A stretch of 64,000 nt of DNA. Origin: Octopus vulgaris (lineage: Eukaryota). A program made the translations under genes and the position numbers. Shown here piece after piece: positions 1 to 12,600 of this stretch; position 1 is the first letter of the stretch, and each line of letters opens with the position of its first letter. The DNA is taken from assembly GCA_951406725.2 (NCBI GenBank), contig OX597826.1, positions 9,796,001 to 9,860,000 of the forward strand, read 5' to 3'. The notes beneath the pieces are model-generated. The model did not search any database, was not told the DNA's origin, and saw nothing but the letters and a program-made list of their open reading frames with translations.

Positions 1-185
1 ATGGGAAGTTTATGAAAATATAGATGTGTGGTTTAGCATTATAAAATAACATTCCTTGATGATGAGCTTTCAGTTCCATTTATATGCATAATGTATCTAT
101 GTAATAGTGTGTGTGTATGTGTGTGTAAATATATATTTATATGCATGTATATGCACACACACACACACACACACACACATGCATG

Positions 186-245
<60 letters not shown>

Positions 246-369
246 TTCATATGAATATGGTGCTTAACTTAAAGGCATCAGAATTTGGTATGGTATTATC
301 CATATAAATCAAATGGGGTGATTTAAGTATAAAAATGTACATTGTCCATTTAATTAAAAAATTCTATAA

Positions 370-455
370 GTGGCTGAAGATTGCTCGACATTTTAAAACT
401 GATGTAATACTTACAGTGTTTAATAAAATGAAGTAGCATGAAACGATTGTACTAC
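370..455 (+). ncRNA. Hammerhead-ribozyme-like motif, long stem II, partly decayed
   Basis: gtgg-CTGAAGA-stem II (tgct/agca, catttta/taaaatg, tgtaa/ttaca)-GAAA-cgattg-TA-ctac. Confidence 0.5.
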
Positions 456-580
456 ACTACCTTGGATATCCTTGTTGCTTATTATGATTATATATATATA
501 ATTAATCCACTAAAAGCAACAACGCAAGGACATGGTACATGCAAAGTATTAACAGACGCTCAGGGAAGGAAACAAAGGTA

Positions 581-615
581 GTTTTACATTTTGAGTAAAG
601 ATCCTCTTCAGAAAC
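581..615 (-). ncRNA. Decayed minimal hammerhead-like motif
   Basis: Minus strand gttt-CTGAAGA-ggatctttactc-AAAA-tg-TA-aaac; compatible with CpG decay of CGAAACGTA. Confidence 0.4.
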
Positions 616-683
616 AGGAGACAGAGGAAAGTCCAAGAGAAAAGGGAGACGGAGTAAAAAATCGCCAATGATCCACATGTAGT

Positions 684-780
<97 letters not shown>

Positions 781-1050
781 TATATATACATACATACATA
801 CAGGGCATAGCTGTGTGGCTAGGAACCTTGTTTCTCACCGGCATAATCTCAGGTTCAGTCCCACTGCATGACACTTTGGGCAAGTGACTATTGTAGCCTT
901 GGGCTGACTGAAGCCTTATGATTGAATTTGGTAGGCAGAAATTTCTGCTGTGTATACATGTGTGTGAGAGTACATGTGCCTCCTTTAATAGATAAGAGGG
1001 GAAAAACATACATATATGAACATAATATCTGTGTGTGTGTGCATGTTTAA

Positions 1051-1270
1051 CCCTTTAGTGTCCTGATTATTCTATCAAACATATTGCTAATTGATTCCCA
1101 TTGATTTGAATTAATCAAGCATTATCTCATATCTTCAAGATCTTGATGGTGTAATTACTTAATGTAGAATAACGTTGTAGGGTAGGTGTGAGAGCCTGGA
1201 TCTGGTCAGTTTGAACATAAAACAGATTGAATATTTTGGCCGGATATGGCCGGTTTAAATACCAAAAGGG
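1051..1270. mobile_element. piggyBac-type MITE family 1 (other copies ~23850-24030, 28210-28432, 31625-31805, 34230-34440, 42054-42274)
   Basis: TTAA|CCCTTT...AAAGGG|TTAA termini and shared internal sequence among copies. Confidence 0.8.
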
Positions 1271-1567
1271 TTAAAGTGAAAAATGTAAATGCTCCCTAAG
1301 CCTTAATGTGCCACCATTCTTCGCTAGCCTGATGACCAAAACTTGGAAATCACATTTACAAATGTTAAGTGAGATGATCTGGAATGGTTCGGCTGAAAAT
1401 TGAACCTGCACTTCAGATTTAACTTGGAGCAAGCTTCCCACCATTCTCTGATGCTCTCTCTCTCTCTCTCTCACACACACCTTTACACACATACATACAC
1501 AGTTTTTAATGGACGATAGGATACAGATTTAGACACATGGAGAAGTGTTGTGTTTCAAGATCATTAA

Positions 1568-1788
1568 CCCTTTCGTTACTGTAATTATTTTGAGATATTC
1601 TGTGTTTCTTTCAATCATTTTTAAATATAGCAAAGAATTTAGTAAAATAACCAAGTTATCATTCAGCTAGTGTTAGGAACATGAATTGTGACTAAGGTTT
1701 GGTGGAAGATTTTAATTCAAAACTTGCGAAAACAAGACATTTGTACTCAGAGCCAGGGCCGGTTTTGGTTGGGTTGGTAACGAAAGGG
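1568..1788. mobile_element. piggyBac-type MITE family 2
   Basis: TTAA TSDs; TIR CCCTTTCGTTAC/GTAACGAAAGGG; second copy at 36515-36737. Confidence 0.85.
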
Positions 1789-1922
1789 TTAAACTAACTT
1801 ACATCACTGAGGGATATTAAAAAAAAAAAAAGGTTTAGTAATGATGGAGCCCCTGTACAATTGTACAACCTGCTATAAATAGCTGTAATTCTCCTTCAAA
1901 CCAAATCATATTGTCTTAGAAA

Positions 1923-2319
1923 TCTTTATATAGAAAAGTGAGGTTGTGTGCTGTCTGCCTCCTACGATTTAGATTCCTAACTACTCCCACATTTTGCAGT
2001 GCAGTTTAACCAAAACCGGGTATCTTATAGTCGTGATTCATATCGAGCCCTTCTGGGTATTAATGCGTGTCTACGATGAGTCTACGATTTAAAAAAAAAT
2101 TTACCATCAATTTTTCCCATTTTTAATGCATTTTTGGCATATTTAAGGGAAGTAACTCTCTAAAAATTTATTATTAAATCTCAGAACGTAAAAAGCTACA
2201 GTAACACCACCCCCTTTGTGGTTAGCCATATTGAGATGGCTATTATACTTTACATCTCTAAAAATGCTTATATAGTTATTTCCCTTACAAACCCGAGCAA
2301 TGCCAGGCGATACTGCTAG
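1923..2319 (+). mobile_element. Non-autonomous Helitron (family H2)
   Basis: A|TC 5' end, GC-rich subterminal hairpin remnant, CTAG|T 3' end; 3' part shared with 9068-9410. Confidence 0.75.
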
Positions 2320-2566
2320 TATTCAATAAATCAGTTTGAGATATGCACAGTTTATAAAAAAAAATTTAATCAGATGATCACAGCCTTTCACTTAAGCCTG
2401 CTCACTTTCATGATAACTTCAGGGTTAAACAACAACAACAGCAACAACAGACAGACAAACAGTCAACGCGGAATATGCAAATGAATTAATGTGTGTGTGT
2501 GTGTGTGTGTGTGTGATTTCACTCGAGTTCTGTTTAACTTAGTGTTTCTCTTTGTTTTATTTCCAG

Positions 2567-2714
2567 GAAAAGGATGTAACAAGAAAATCGTTTCTTCTTT
2601 GTGGTCTGACTCCTTACACAATGTACAATTTCAGTATATCTTGCCTTCCTCAGCTCACTAATAAACCATTCTGGAGTGACAAAACCAAGATAACTTTCAA
2701 AACACCATCAGAAG
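2567..2714 (+). CDS. Receptor exon A: C-terminal half of cytokine-binding FN3 ([49 protein letters not shown])
   Basis: Acceptor ttccag at 2561-2566; donor AAG|GCAAGT at 2715 (phase 1); FN3 LxPxTxY motif. Confidence 0.85.
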
Positions 2715-4566
2715 GCAAGTACCGTAAAGATTTATGGGAAATCTTATTGATTGTTTAGTCTGTATTTTTGCATGAGTGTGTTTTGGATGGGTGTATGCAT
2801 ATGTTGTTTTATATATCATCATCATCATACAGTGTTTTAAATTCAGGTTTTGTCCTCATTAACTGAGGTGACCGGATCTATCCCTAACAATAAATATAGG
2901 ATAAGCATAACTAAACACCAGTTGTGAGTGGTTCGGTGTTATGAAGGGCATCCGGCTGTAAAAATCCTGCCAAAACATTTACAGAAGTCTGGTGCAGACT
3001 TCAGCCTGGCTGGTTCTTGTGGTACCATCCCACCCATGTTAGCATGAAACACAGATGTTAAATGATGATGATGACGAATTTGTACCAGACATCTTTTATC
3101 GACATATACAAAGTGTTAGACCTGTGTATTGATTATAAATGCCTGATCAAATGTGTCAGTTTACTTGAACAGATCTGACTATGCTTATACAGCAAGAACC
3201 ACTACAACATATTAGTAAACAGCTTTAACAACTTGATGATGTGTCTGAATATGACTGAATAAATTCACAAAGATTTTGAGCTCATGCTCTTCACCAGAGA
3301 CTAGGAAAGAAAACAAAAGCATTGTTTGCCTGGCTGATAGTACCTTAAATAGTCTTGTGCTTGAGGAGACCTATTGAGTCAAGTACACCAACATAAAAAA
3401 TCAATGGAAATTGTAGTTGTGATCCCTGTGCCGGTGACACGTAAAAAGCACCATCCAAACGTGGCCGATGCCAGCGCCACCTTGACTGGCTTCCATGCCG
3501 GTGGCACGTAAAAAGCACCAACCAATCATAGCCGTTGCCAGCCTCGCCTGGCACGTAAAAAGCACCCACTACACTCGCGGAGTGGTTGGCATTAGGAAGG
3601 GCATCCAGCTGTAGAAACACTGCCAGATCAGACTGGAGCCTGGTGCAGACTTCTGGCTTCCCAGACCCCAGTCAAACCGTCCAACCCATGCTAGCATGGA
3701 AAACGGACATTAAAAGATGATGATGATGCCATGTAAACAGCACCTGTGAATTGTAGTCAGGGTCACTGCCAGTACCATGAATTGTAGTAGTGGCCAGTAC
3801 CATGTCAACGGCACCTCTGCTGGTGGCATGTAAAAGTACCCATTACAAACCTAAAGTGGTTGGCATTAGGAAGGGCATCCAGCTGTTAAAACCATGTCAA
3901 ATCAGACTGGAACCTGGAGCAGCTCCAGTCAAACCATCAAACCCATGCCAGCATGGAGAGTAGACATCAAATGATGATGATGATGATGACTACAGAGATG
4001 ATTCTTTGATTTATTTATTTATTTATTTTGTTTAATTATTTCAGTTCCTGAGAAAGCACCTGCTATACCCGGTACTTATTTCAGAATGGTCCAGCAGACG
4101 AACAAACACTGTTCTCAAGTTATACTGTATTGGAAAGTATGTTACCTATTGTATAAGTTTATCTATGTTGACAGGTGTTATAATGAATTTAAATCTAGAT
4201 TTGACTCAAACTTTATAGATGAAAAGCAAAGTTGACTCTGATGATATTTCCAACTCAAAAAAAGCATGAAAGATTCTTAACTTAAATATTCCATCATTGG
4301 ACTATGACCATGCTGGAGCACTATATCCAAATGTTTTTAGTCAATTTAGCCACAGGTCAGTCCTGATCAAGCAGACCTGTGATCAAAGATGCTTTTGCTA
4401 TGATCTTCCCGTTTTTTTTTATATATTTAGGGCAATGTTTCTCAACCTTTTTACACTTGCGTAACCTTTATAATAAATTACATGTCTTGAGGAACCCCTG
4501 TACAAAAAAATTATATGCCATACCTCTCTCATATTTTTTTTCATCATAGTTCACGTAGTAAATGTC

Positions 4567-4605
<39 letters not shown>

Positions 4606-7600
4606 CACACACATATATACACACACACACACATATATATATATATATTATGATCGTGAAATTAGCATTAGCTTATCTCACTCTTTCTCGTGGAACCCTA
4701 GGGTTCTGGGGAACCTTGGTTGAGAAACACTGATCTTGGGCTTTATTGCCAGATGTGCCCTACTTTTTACTCCTTTCCTTCTTTTATTTTTTTTTAAAGA
4801 TGGTAGAATGTAATTTACATTCAGAGATTTGACTAACATTTCTAGCAAACCATGCAGCCACATAGAGGTTACCTTATTAACTTTTTTACATGTTTTATTC
4901 CACTTTACTGACATGAGTTCTTCATTCTTTTAATTTTCAGAAAGTTCCTCTTCGATTTCAATACGGTAAGCCTCAGGGCTTCTTGATTCAGTACCGGCCA
5001 AAGCATGAGAACTGGATGGAGGTGGAGGTGCGACAAGGACTTGCCTCTGCGATGATTTGCCTCAGAGCTGATAAAGCCTATGAGTTGCGTCTTTATGCCA
5101 GAAATGACGTTAATTTCTCTACAGGATACTCAACTCTGTTCATTGAAACTGTGGATGGAAGTAAGTTGCCTTTGAGCTTAGACTTCTGTGAGAGAAGTTC
5201 CTACATTCTGATATAAGTTGCCTTCAAGCTTAGACTTCTGTGAGAGAAGTTCCTACAGTCTGATATTTTCAATTTGCTAAATAATGGTTCCTCTCACTGT
5301 GTTACTGCATAGGAGTGACACCAAAATTCAAAACAACTATCTATGAAATTTTTTATCTCTTTAATCTCTCTATATATATATTTCTTAACTACCCACAAGG
5401 GGCTAAACACAGAGGGGACAAACAAGGACAGACAAACGGATTAAGCCGATTACATCGACCCCAGTGCGTAACTGGTACTTAATTTATCGACCCCGAAAGG
5501 ATGAAAGGCAAAGTCAACCTCGGCGGAATTTCATCCTTTCGGGGTCGATAAATTAAGTACCAGTTACGCACTGGGGTCGATGTAATCGGCTTAATCCGTT
5601 TGTCTATATATATAAACAGCAAAATGTCTGCGTGTGTGTCCTTTATACAAATCCACAATTTTTCAGTTAGAGGGCTGGCACTTTCTATGGTCATTCAAAA
5701 CCGTCCAAGGGTGGTTGTGCACATCTTTACATTTCCCCAGTCACCCCGCAAAGCCATTAAAAAATCAATAGAAATGACTTTTTTGTGAATTTTCTATCCA
5801 AAACCCAATCAAAATGCCTGAAACTTGATACGCCAATTGAATGCCAGCTAGCTGTATGTGATTGGTCGGAGATTTGGACAGTACTCGCGTGTATGTGCAC
5901 ACGCATGCAGCTGTATATGCGTGCACTAGCACTATGACCTGGTGTTGCCGGGTCATAGTGCTAGTGTATATTAAGTATCCAATTCTAACATTAAAACAAA
6001 ATTTTTAACATTAAAATCAGCCTAACTTTGTTGGAGTTCTTAAAAGTTTTTAATGTGCAGTTTACCATTTTCTTAGTGAATTTTCAATTCAACCATGTGA
6101 AACTAAATAAATTGAGGCTCTGTGTATTATATTGTAATTTAAGAATGTAATTTAAATTTTGCTGCTTGTTTGTCACTGCTATTGTTATTACACTCAGTGA
6201 TAGAAAGAATTAGAATTTACAAGTAACATTAGTCCAGAAATCATTCTTTAGGATTCTGTATAGTCTGAAAAGGATTTTGTATGATTCATGGTGTGAGTGA
6301 CACCAAAAGTTACCACTGCACCCTGTGATACAAACGGCTGTGTAACTCGGAAGAAGCAGTCCATCCCAAGTGATGCTTTTATGGGGGCAGCCCCTTTGGG
6401 TCTGCTGCATAAACTTGTATAAGTTTGGGGGACAGGGAAATGGCAAACCTGGGCTTCTGTAAGAGAAGTACCTACATTCTAACACAGGTCACTTTACTAA
6501 ATAATGATTCCACCCACTCATGTTACTATATAGGGGTAGCACCAAAATTCAAATTGATTGTATGATATTTTTCAAAATCACTTACCTAACTAAATCATGC
6601 ATGCTCCCATATACATATATGCATTCACACACACACACACTTACATATATATATCATCATCATCATCATCATCATTTAACGCCTGTCGTCCATGCTGCCA
6701 TGGATTGGATGGTTTGACTGGGTTGGCATGCTGGAAGGCTGCACCAGACTCCAGTCTGATGTAGCATGACACAGAGTGTGACAAGGCTGGCCCTTTGAAA
6801 TACAGGTACAACAGAGACAGAAAGAAAGAGTGAGAGAAAGTTGTGGTGAAAGAGTACAGCAGGATTCACCACCATCCCCTGCCGGAGACTCTTGGAGCTT
6901 TCGATGTTTTTGCTCAATAAACACTCACAATGCCCGATCTGGGAATCGAAACCGCGATCCTGCGACTGCGAGTTCGCTGCCCTAACCACTGGGCCATTGT
7001 GCCTCCACTGCCTTGATTACAACTACATTATTAACACAAACAAACTAAATCCGTAACAAGCTTTAGCCATCATGGTCATCATTGTCACTATCATCATCGT
7101 TCCTACCACCCTCACCATCACCACCACCACCATCATCAATTCTAATGTTTATTTTTTTACCATGTTGACATGAATGTGGTGTATCCTCCTCCTCATCATC
7201 CTCATCATCATCATGTCTGCTTCTCTATGCTGACATCAGTTGGACTGGTATATTTCGGCACAGTCTCTCATCACTTGTTCTAATCCTTCGGCATTTTTTT
7301 TTCCATGAGGTCCAGCATCCTGTAACCAGATCTCACTACTTCTTCCCTCATCTTTTACAGCCTCCTTCCACTTACATTTCCTGACTATATTTCTAGCACT
7401 GCCCAATAAATTACACTGTACATGTAACTTAGATACAGTGCAAGTCCTGATCATGTAATAGGTGTGGCAGTATTTTATATGTCAGACGGTGTATGTAAAG
7501 TCAAAGTCAAAACAGAAATTTTGTTTGTTTTACTTTTTTGTTTATTTTTTTCATTCACATTAAAATACTTCCCATCATCATCATCATCATCATCATCGTT

Positions 7601-9563
7601 TAGCATCTGCTTTCTATGCTGGCATGGGTTTGACTGGAACTGGTAAGCCACAGAGGTGCACCAGATTGCAGTCTGATTTGGCATGATTTCTACAGCTGGA
7701 TACCATTCCTATAATGACAACCACTCCCAAGAGTGTAATGGGTGCTTTTTATGTGCCTCCAGCACGGGTACCATTTACATTACACTAGCAATGGCCACAA
7801 CTATGATTTCATTTGGCTTAACGAGTCTTCTCAAGCACAGCATATTGCCAAAGATCTTAATCGCTTACCATTGCCTCCATGAGGCCCAACATTTGAAGAG
7901 CCCTATGGCAACAACCTCACTCAAGTTGCCCCGTAGTGGGACTGAACTACCGGCAACAACCTCATTCAAAAATACAGTATCCACTTATAATTATCACATA
8001 TCTTTACATTCTCTACTTTCTTGCTTTTTTTTTTATTTATATGCATTCTTTTAAAAATTTTGTTTTTCTTTATTATTTGCATATAAGTCTACCTTGGGGT
8101 ACTTACCTAACAACTTTTATTTTCTGACCACAGGACCTGGACAACCCGTAAATTTCACTGCTGAAACTCTACCCATTAAAGGGACAAGTTTATATAATTT
8201 AACTTTGAGCTGGGGAAGGCCATCGGTTGATGTAAAAGGACTGAAATCTTGGAGATACTTGCTCCTGTGGTGCCATAAGTCATCAAACATTATTTATAAC
8301 TGTGAAGTAAGTTACAGAATTTATAAATTCTATTTGTAAAGAAAACAAATTTTAGTTTCGGTTGTGTCTCAGATGGTTCGTTATTCAAATAATAAACACG
8401 TACTATGCAAAATCTTTTATCTTTAATCATTAGATTGTGGCCATGCTGGGGCATCGCCTTGAAGAATTTATAGTTGAATGAATCCACCCCAGTGCTTACC
8501 TTTAAAGCCTGGTACTTATTTTATTGGTCTCTTTTGCCCGACTACTAAGTTACAGAGATGTAAACACCAACAGCGGTTGTCAAGTGGTGATGGGGACAAA
8601 CACAGATACAAGGACACGCATACACATACATATATATTTATATATATATAGATAGATAGATAGATAGACAGATAGACAGACAGATAGATAGGCTTCTTTC
8701 AGTTTCCATCTACCAAATCCACTCGCAAGGTTTTGATTGGTCTGAGGCTATAGCAGAAGACACTTGCCCAAGTTGCCTTGTAGTGGGACTGAACTCAGAA
8801 CCATGTGGTTGGGAAGCAAGTTTTTTACCACATTTGACGGCAGCCATGCTGGAGCACCACCTTCAAGGGTATTATTAGCGAAACAAATTGACCCCAGGGT
8901 TTATTTGTTTTTAAAACCCAGTACTTATTCTATCAGACTCTTTTGCAGAGATGTAAATGCACCAACACCAGTTGTCAAGCAGTGGTGGTGGACAAACACA
9001 GACACACACCCATATATATACATATAAATATATAAATACACACACACACACACATATATATGTATCTCTCTATATATAAACGGCAGTTTGTCTGTGTGTG
9101 TTTCTGTGTGTCTGTTAGGTTGTACCCTCACCCTGACCACGGCTTTCAACCGATTCTGATGAAACTTGACACATACATAGCCCAATGTCATAATTCAAAA
9201 CTAACGCAGCGACAATTTTGAAAAGTTCCCCAGTTCTGAAAAAAATCGATAAATTCGACATGGGGTCGAGAATCAGAAACACAAACCACAGACTGTCTAG
9301 GGGACGCAACTCGACCTTTTTAACTAAAAAAATTTACCATCATTTCTTTTCCATTTTTTGGCTATAACTCTCTAAAAATACTTTATAGTTATTTCCCTTA
9401 CAAACCCGACACACATATATATGTATATGTATATAAAGCTAAGCAGAGTTAACAGTTGGAATAACTGTTTAGGGGATAAGAATATCCATTCTTACTACCG
9501 GTATCATTTACCTATGCTGTCCCTGGGCATGGGTATGCAAGCACACTATGCTCATATGGTACA

Positions 9564-9617
<54 letters not shown>

Positions 9618-12600
9618 TCAGACTTCTTTCAGTTTCCATTTACCAAATCCTCTCACAAGGCTTTGGTCAACCAGAGGCTATAGTAGACTACATTTGCCCT
9701 AGATGCCACACAGTGGTACTGAACCTGAGACCATGTGGTTGAGAATCAAGCTTCTTACCACTCAGCCACACCTACTTCATGAAATGTAGCCTTTCCCTTA
9801 AGCATGGTTCTCCACAACTTTGTATTAGAATAAAACAGCAAATAACATTTTCACATTACACTTGAATTGATGTCTAAGTTGTGTGGTGGATGTGTCTGAA
9901 AGGATTGAGGAAGGACTCTTTCATCTTTGGTGAATCCCTCATTGACCTTTTCAAGTTTCCCTTAGAGAGGAAATTGCAGAGATCAAGAGGGAAGTGCTCC
10001 CTTCCAGTGAATTTGTGAAAAGATGGGTGAATGGTCCTACTCTAAGCATGCACCTGTAGATTGGAGAACATGGGGAGGAGATCATGGTCAGAGTAAACAT
10101 GAATCTGCCTGGTATCTTGATTGGCCCTAGCTGGAGAGTCACCTGTATTTTCTTATACTTTGTATAATATTATGTAATTTCACCAATTTTTTCCATTTCT
10201 TCCTTCCCGTCTTTTATGTAAATCCCCACACAAGTTTTTGTCTGTCCTTGTGATGTCCCCCTCATCTATGCCCTTGTGGCTAATAAAAGAAATTATTATT
10301 GTTGCTATTATTATTATTATTATTATTATTATTTTTATTGTCTCATAGGACGATCCACAATGGATTCATTTACCAAATTCCATACTTGAACATTCCATGA
10401 AGGTTAAAGGTCGTTTTATGAAGAATTTAATCTTTGGACTTGCAACCAAAGCCACGTTTGCAGATGTAGAACCAAGACTAGAAGACGGTAGTAAAACTGA
10501 TTATGGGAAGAATATTAGCAGTGGCTTGGTTTGGGCTCCGTGCATATTCAGAAAAGACTGGAGTAAGTTGACCCCTTTTTTCTTTTCTATCTCTGTAAGT
10601 CATATTATACTTGTAAATCTGAGAGCTCAGTGTTTTTGACATTTTGGTACCATAATAGGAGTGCAATTACACCTTCAGATTACACCCTTATTAGAAGGAG
10701 TGGGTATAGAATAATGTGATACCGAGCGAATATGCCCTGAAAATGACAATGATCGTTGCTGGAATGTCCTTTATAGGCGTGGCTGTGTGGTTAAGAAGTG
10801 TGCTTCTTAACTGCATGCTTTTAGGTTCGGTCCCTCTGTGTGGAAGGGAGCTTGGGACAACTACAACCGGGGGCCGACAAAGACTTGTGAGTAGATTTGT
10901 TAGACAGAAGCTGAGAGAAGAACGTCGTATCCGTGCGCGCGCGATACTGTTTGAAGTCTAGTCTCAGGTTATAAAGGGAAATAACTCCGTAAGCTATTTA
11001 CTGAATACTTAATTTTGCGATTTCAACTTTTTTTTTTTTAATCTTTACATTTTAGTCTTGTGTTCTTTTTGGACCACAAGTCTTGTGACTATGGTCCTAA
11101 TGAAATTTCACATTAAATGATTTTTCTTTCTGTCGACAGCCTAGTGTTAATTTCATTCAAGTTTCTGATTTCATCAAATCACTAAAATACTCGTCGATGT
11201 AAAGGGACGCAACTCGATGCACTGTTTTGCTGTGATGTACATACAAACATTTTGTGTGTATGTGTGTATATATTTGTATAAATAAATATATAGTAGGCTC
11301 GGTCGTGGGTGTGTGGTAAAAAGCTTGTTTCACAACCACATGGTTCTGGGTTCAGTCTCACTGCGTGGCACCTTGGGCAAGCGTCTCTTCTACTGTAGCT
11401 TCAAGTTGACCAAAGCCTTGTGAGATGTGGTAGACGGAAACTGAAAAAAGCCAGTCGTATATATACGTATATACATATAATTGTGTGTCTCTTTGCACCC
11501 AACCACTATTTGACAGCTGGTGTTAGTGTGTTTACATCCCTGTAACTTAGCGGTTCAGCAAAAGAGTCCGACCAAATAAGCATTAGGCTTCAAAAAATAA
11601 GTCCTATGGTTAATTTGTTGGGCTAAACCCCTTCAAAGCGGTGCCCCAGCATGGCTGCAGTCAAATGACCAAAATAAGTAAAAGATAAAAGATGTGTATA
11701 TATAAATCCAGCAATCCTCACCTGTTTCTAAGCAAGATAATGCTTTCCCATGACCAAACAGAATATTGTTAAGGAATGACACTGCTTGTATGACTGGGAC
11801 AATCATTTTACAACTACCACATCAAGGCAAGGAGACACAAACATACACATACATATTCTTATATACATACATGCATGTGCACACTCACACACACACACAC
11901 ACACGACAGCCTTTTTTTTCAGTTTCTATCTACCAAATCCACTCACAAAGCTTCGGTCAGCCCAGAGCTGTTGTAGAAGACACTTGCCCAAGGTTCCACA
12001 CAGTGGGACTGAACCTGGAAACTTGTGGATAGGAAACAAACATCTTTGCACACTGCAACTATAATTTATCAACTTGCTACAATATGATATACACATCGTT
12101 ACCCAACTAGTTTATATAATGATATCCTTGTAAGACCCATGTTATACAATCAATTAGTTATGTTAATTGATTATAATATATTTGATCAACTAATTATAAT
12201 TATTCATACATGTTTTGTTTTTTTTTATTACAACTTCAGAACCTCTTGAAGCTCCTTCAGGCATGAACTTTGGTGATATCACAGATAAATCTTTACTGAT
12301 AAACTGGGACGCAATGAAATGTGAAGAATCTCCAACTCAGATTATTGAGTATCTCATTCATTATTGCCCTATAAACTCTTCGAAAACTTGTCATGGTGAG
12401 TGACTCTGCTTTCTTAGTCCCCTTGCTTTCTTCACATTAAACGTTGTTTTTAAAATGCAAGGATGTGGGGTAGAGTGAGAGGGTCCATAATTAATTATTG
12501 AATCTTTCTTATTTCTTTTATTGCCCACAAGGGGCTAAACATAGAGAGGACAAACAAGGACAGACAAAGAGATTAAATTGGTTACATCAACCCCAGTTGA

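Noticed and set aside
5600-5956. ORFs repeated at 39542-40001 and 44639-45099, resembling a small gene family
   Set aside because: Copies of a non-coding Helitron; frames are not conserved between copies
9840-10295. Possible L1/Tx1 LINE 3' remnant ([17 protein letters not shown])
   Set aside because: Too decayed to classify by eye
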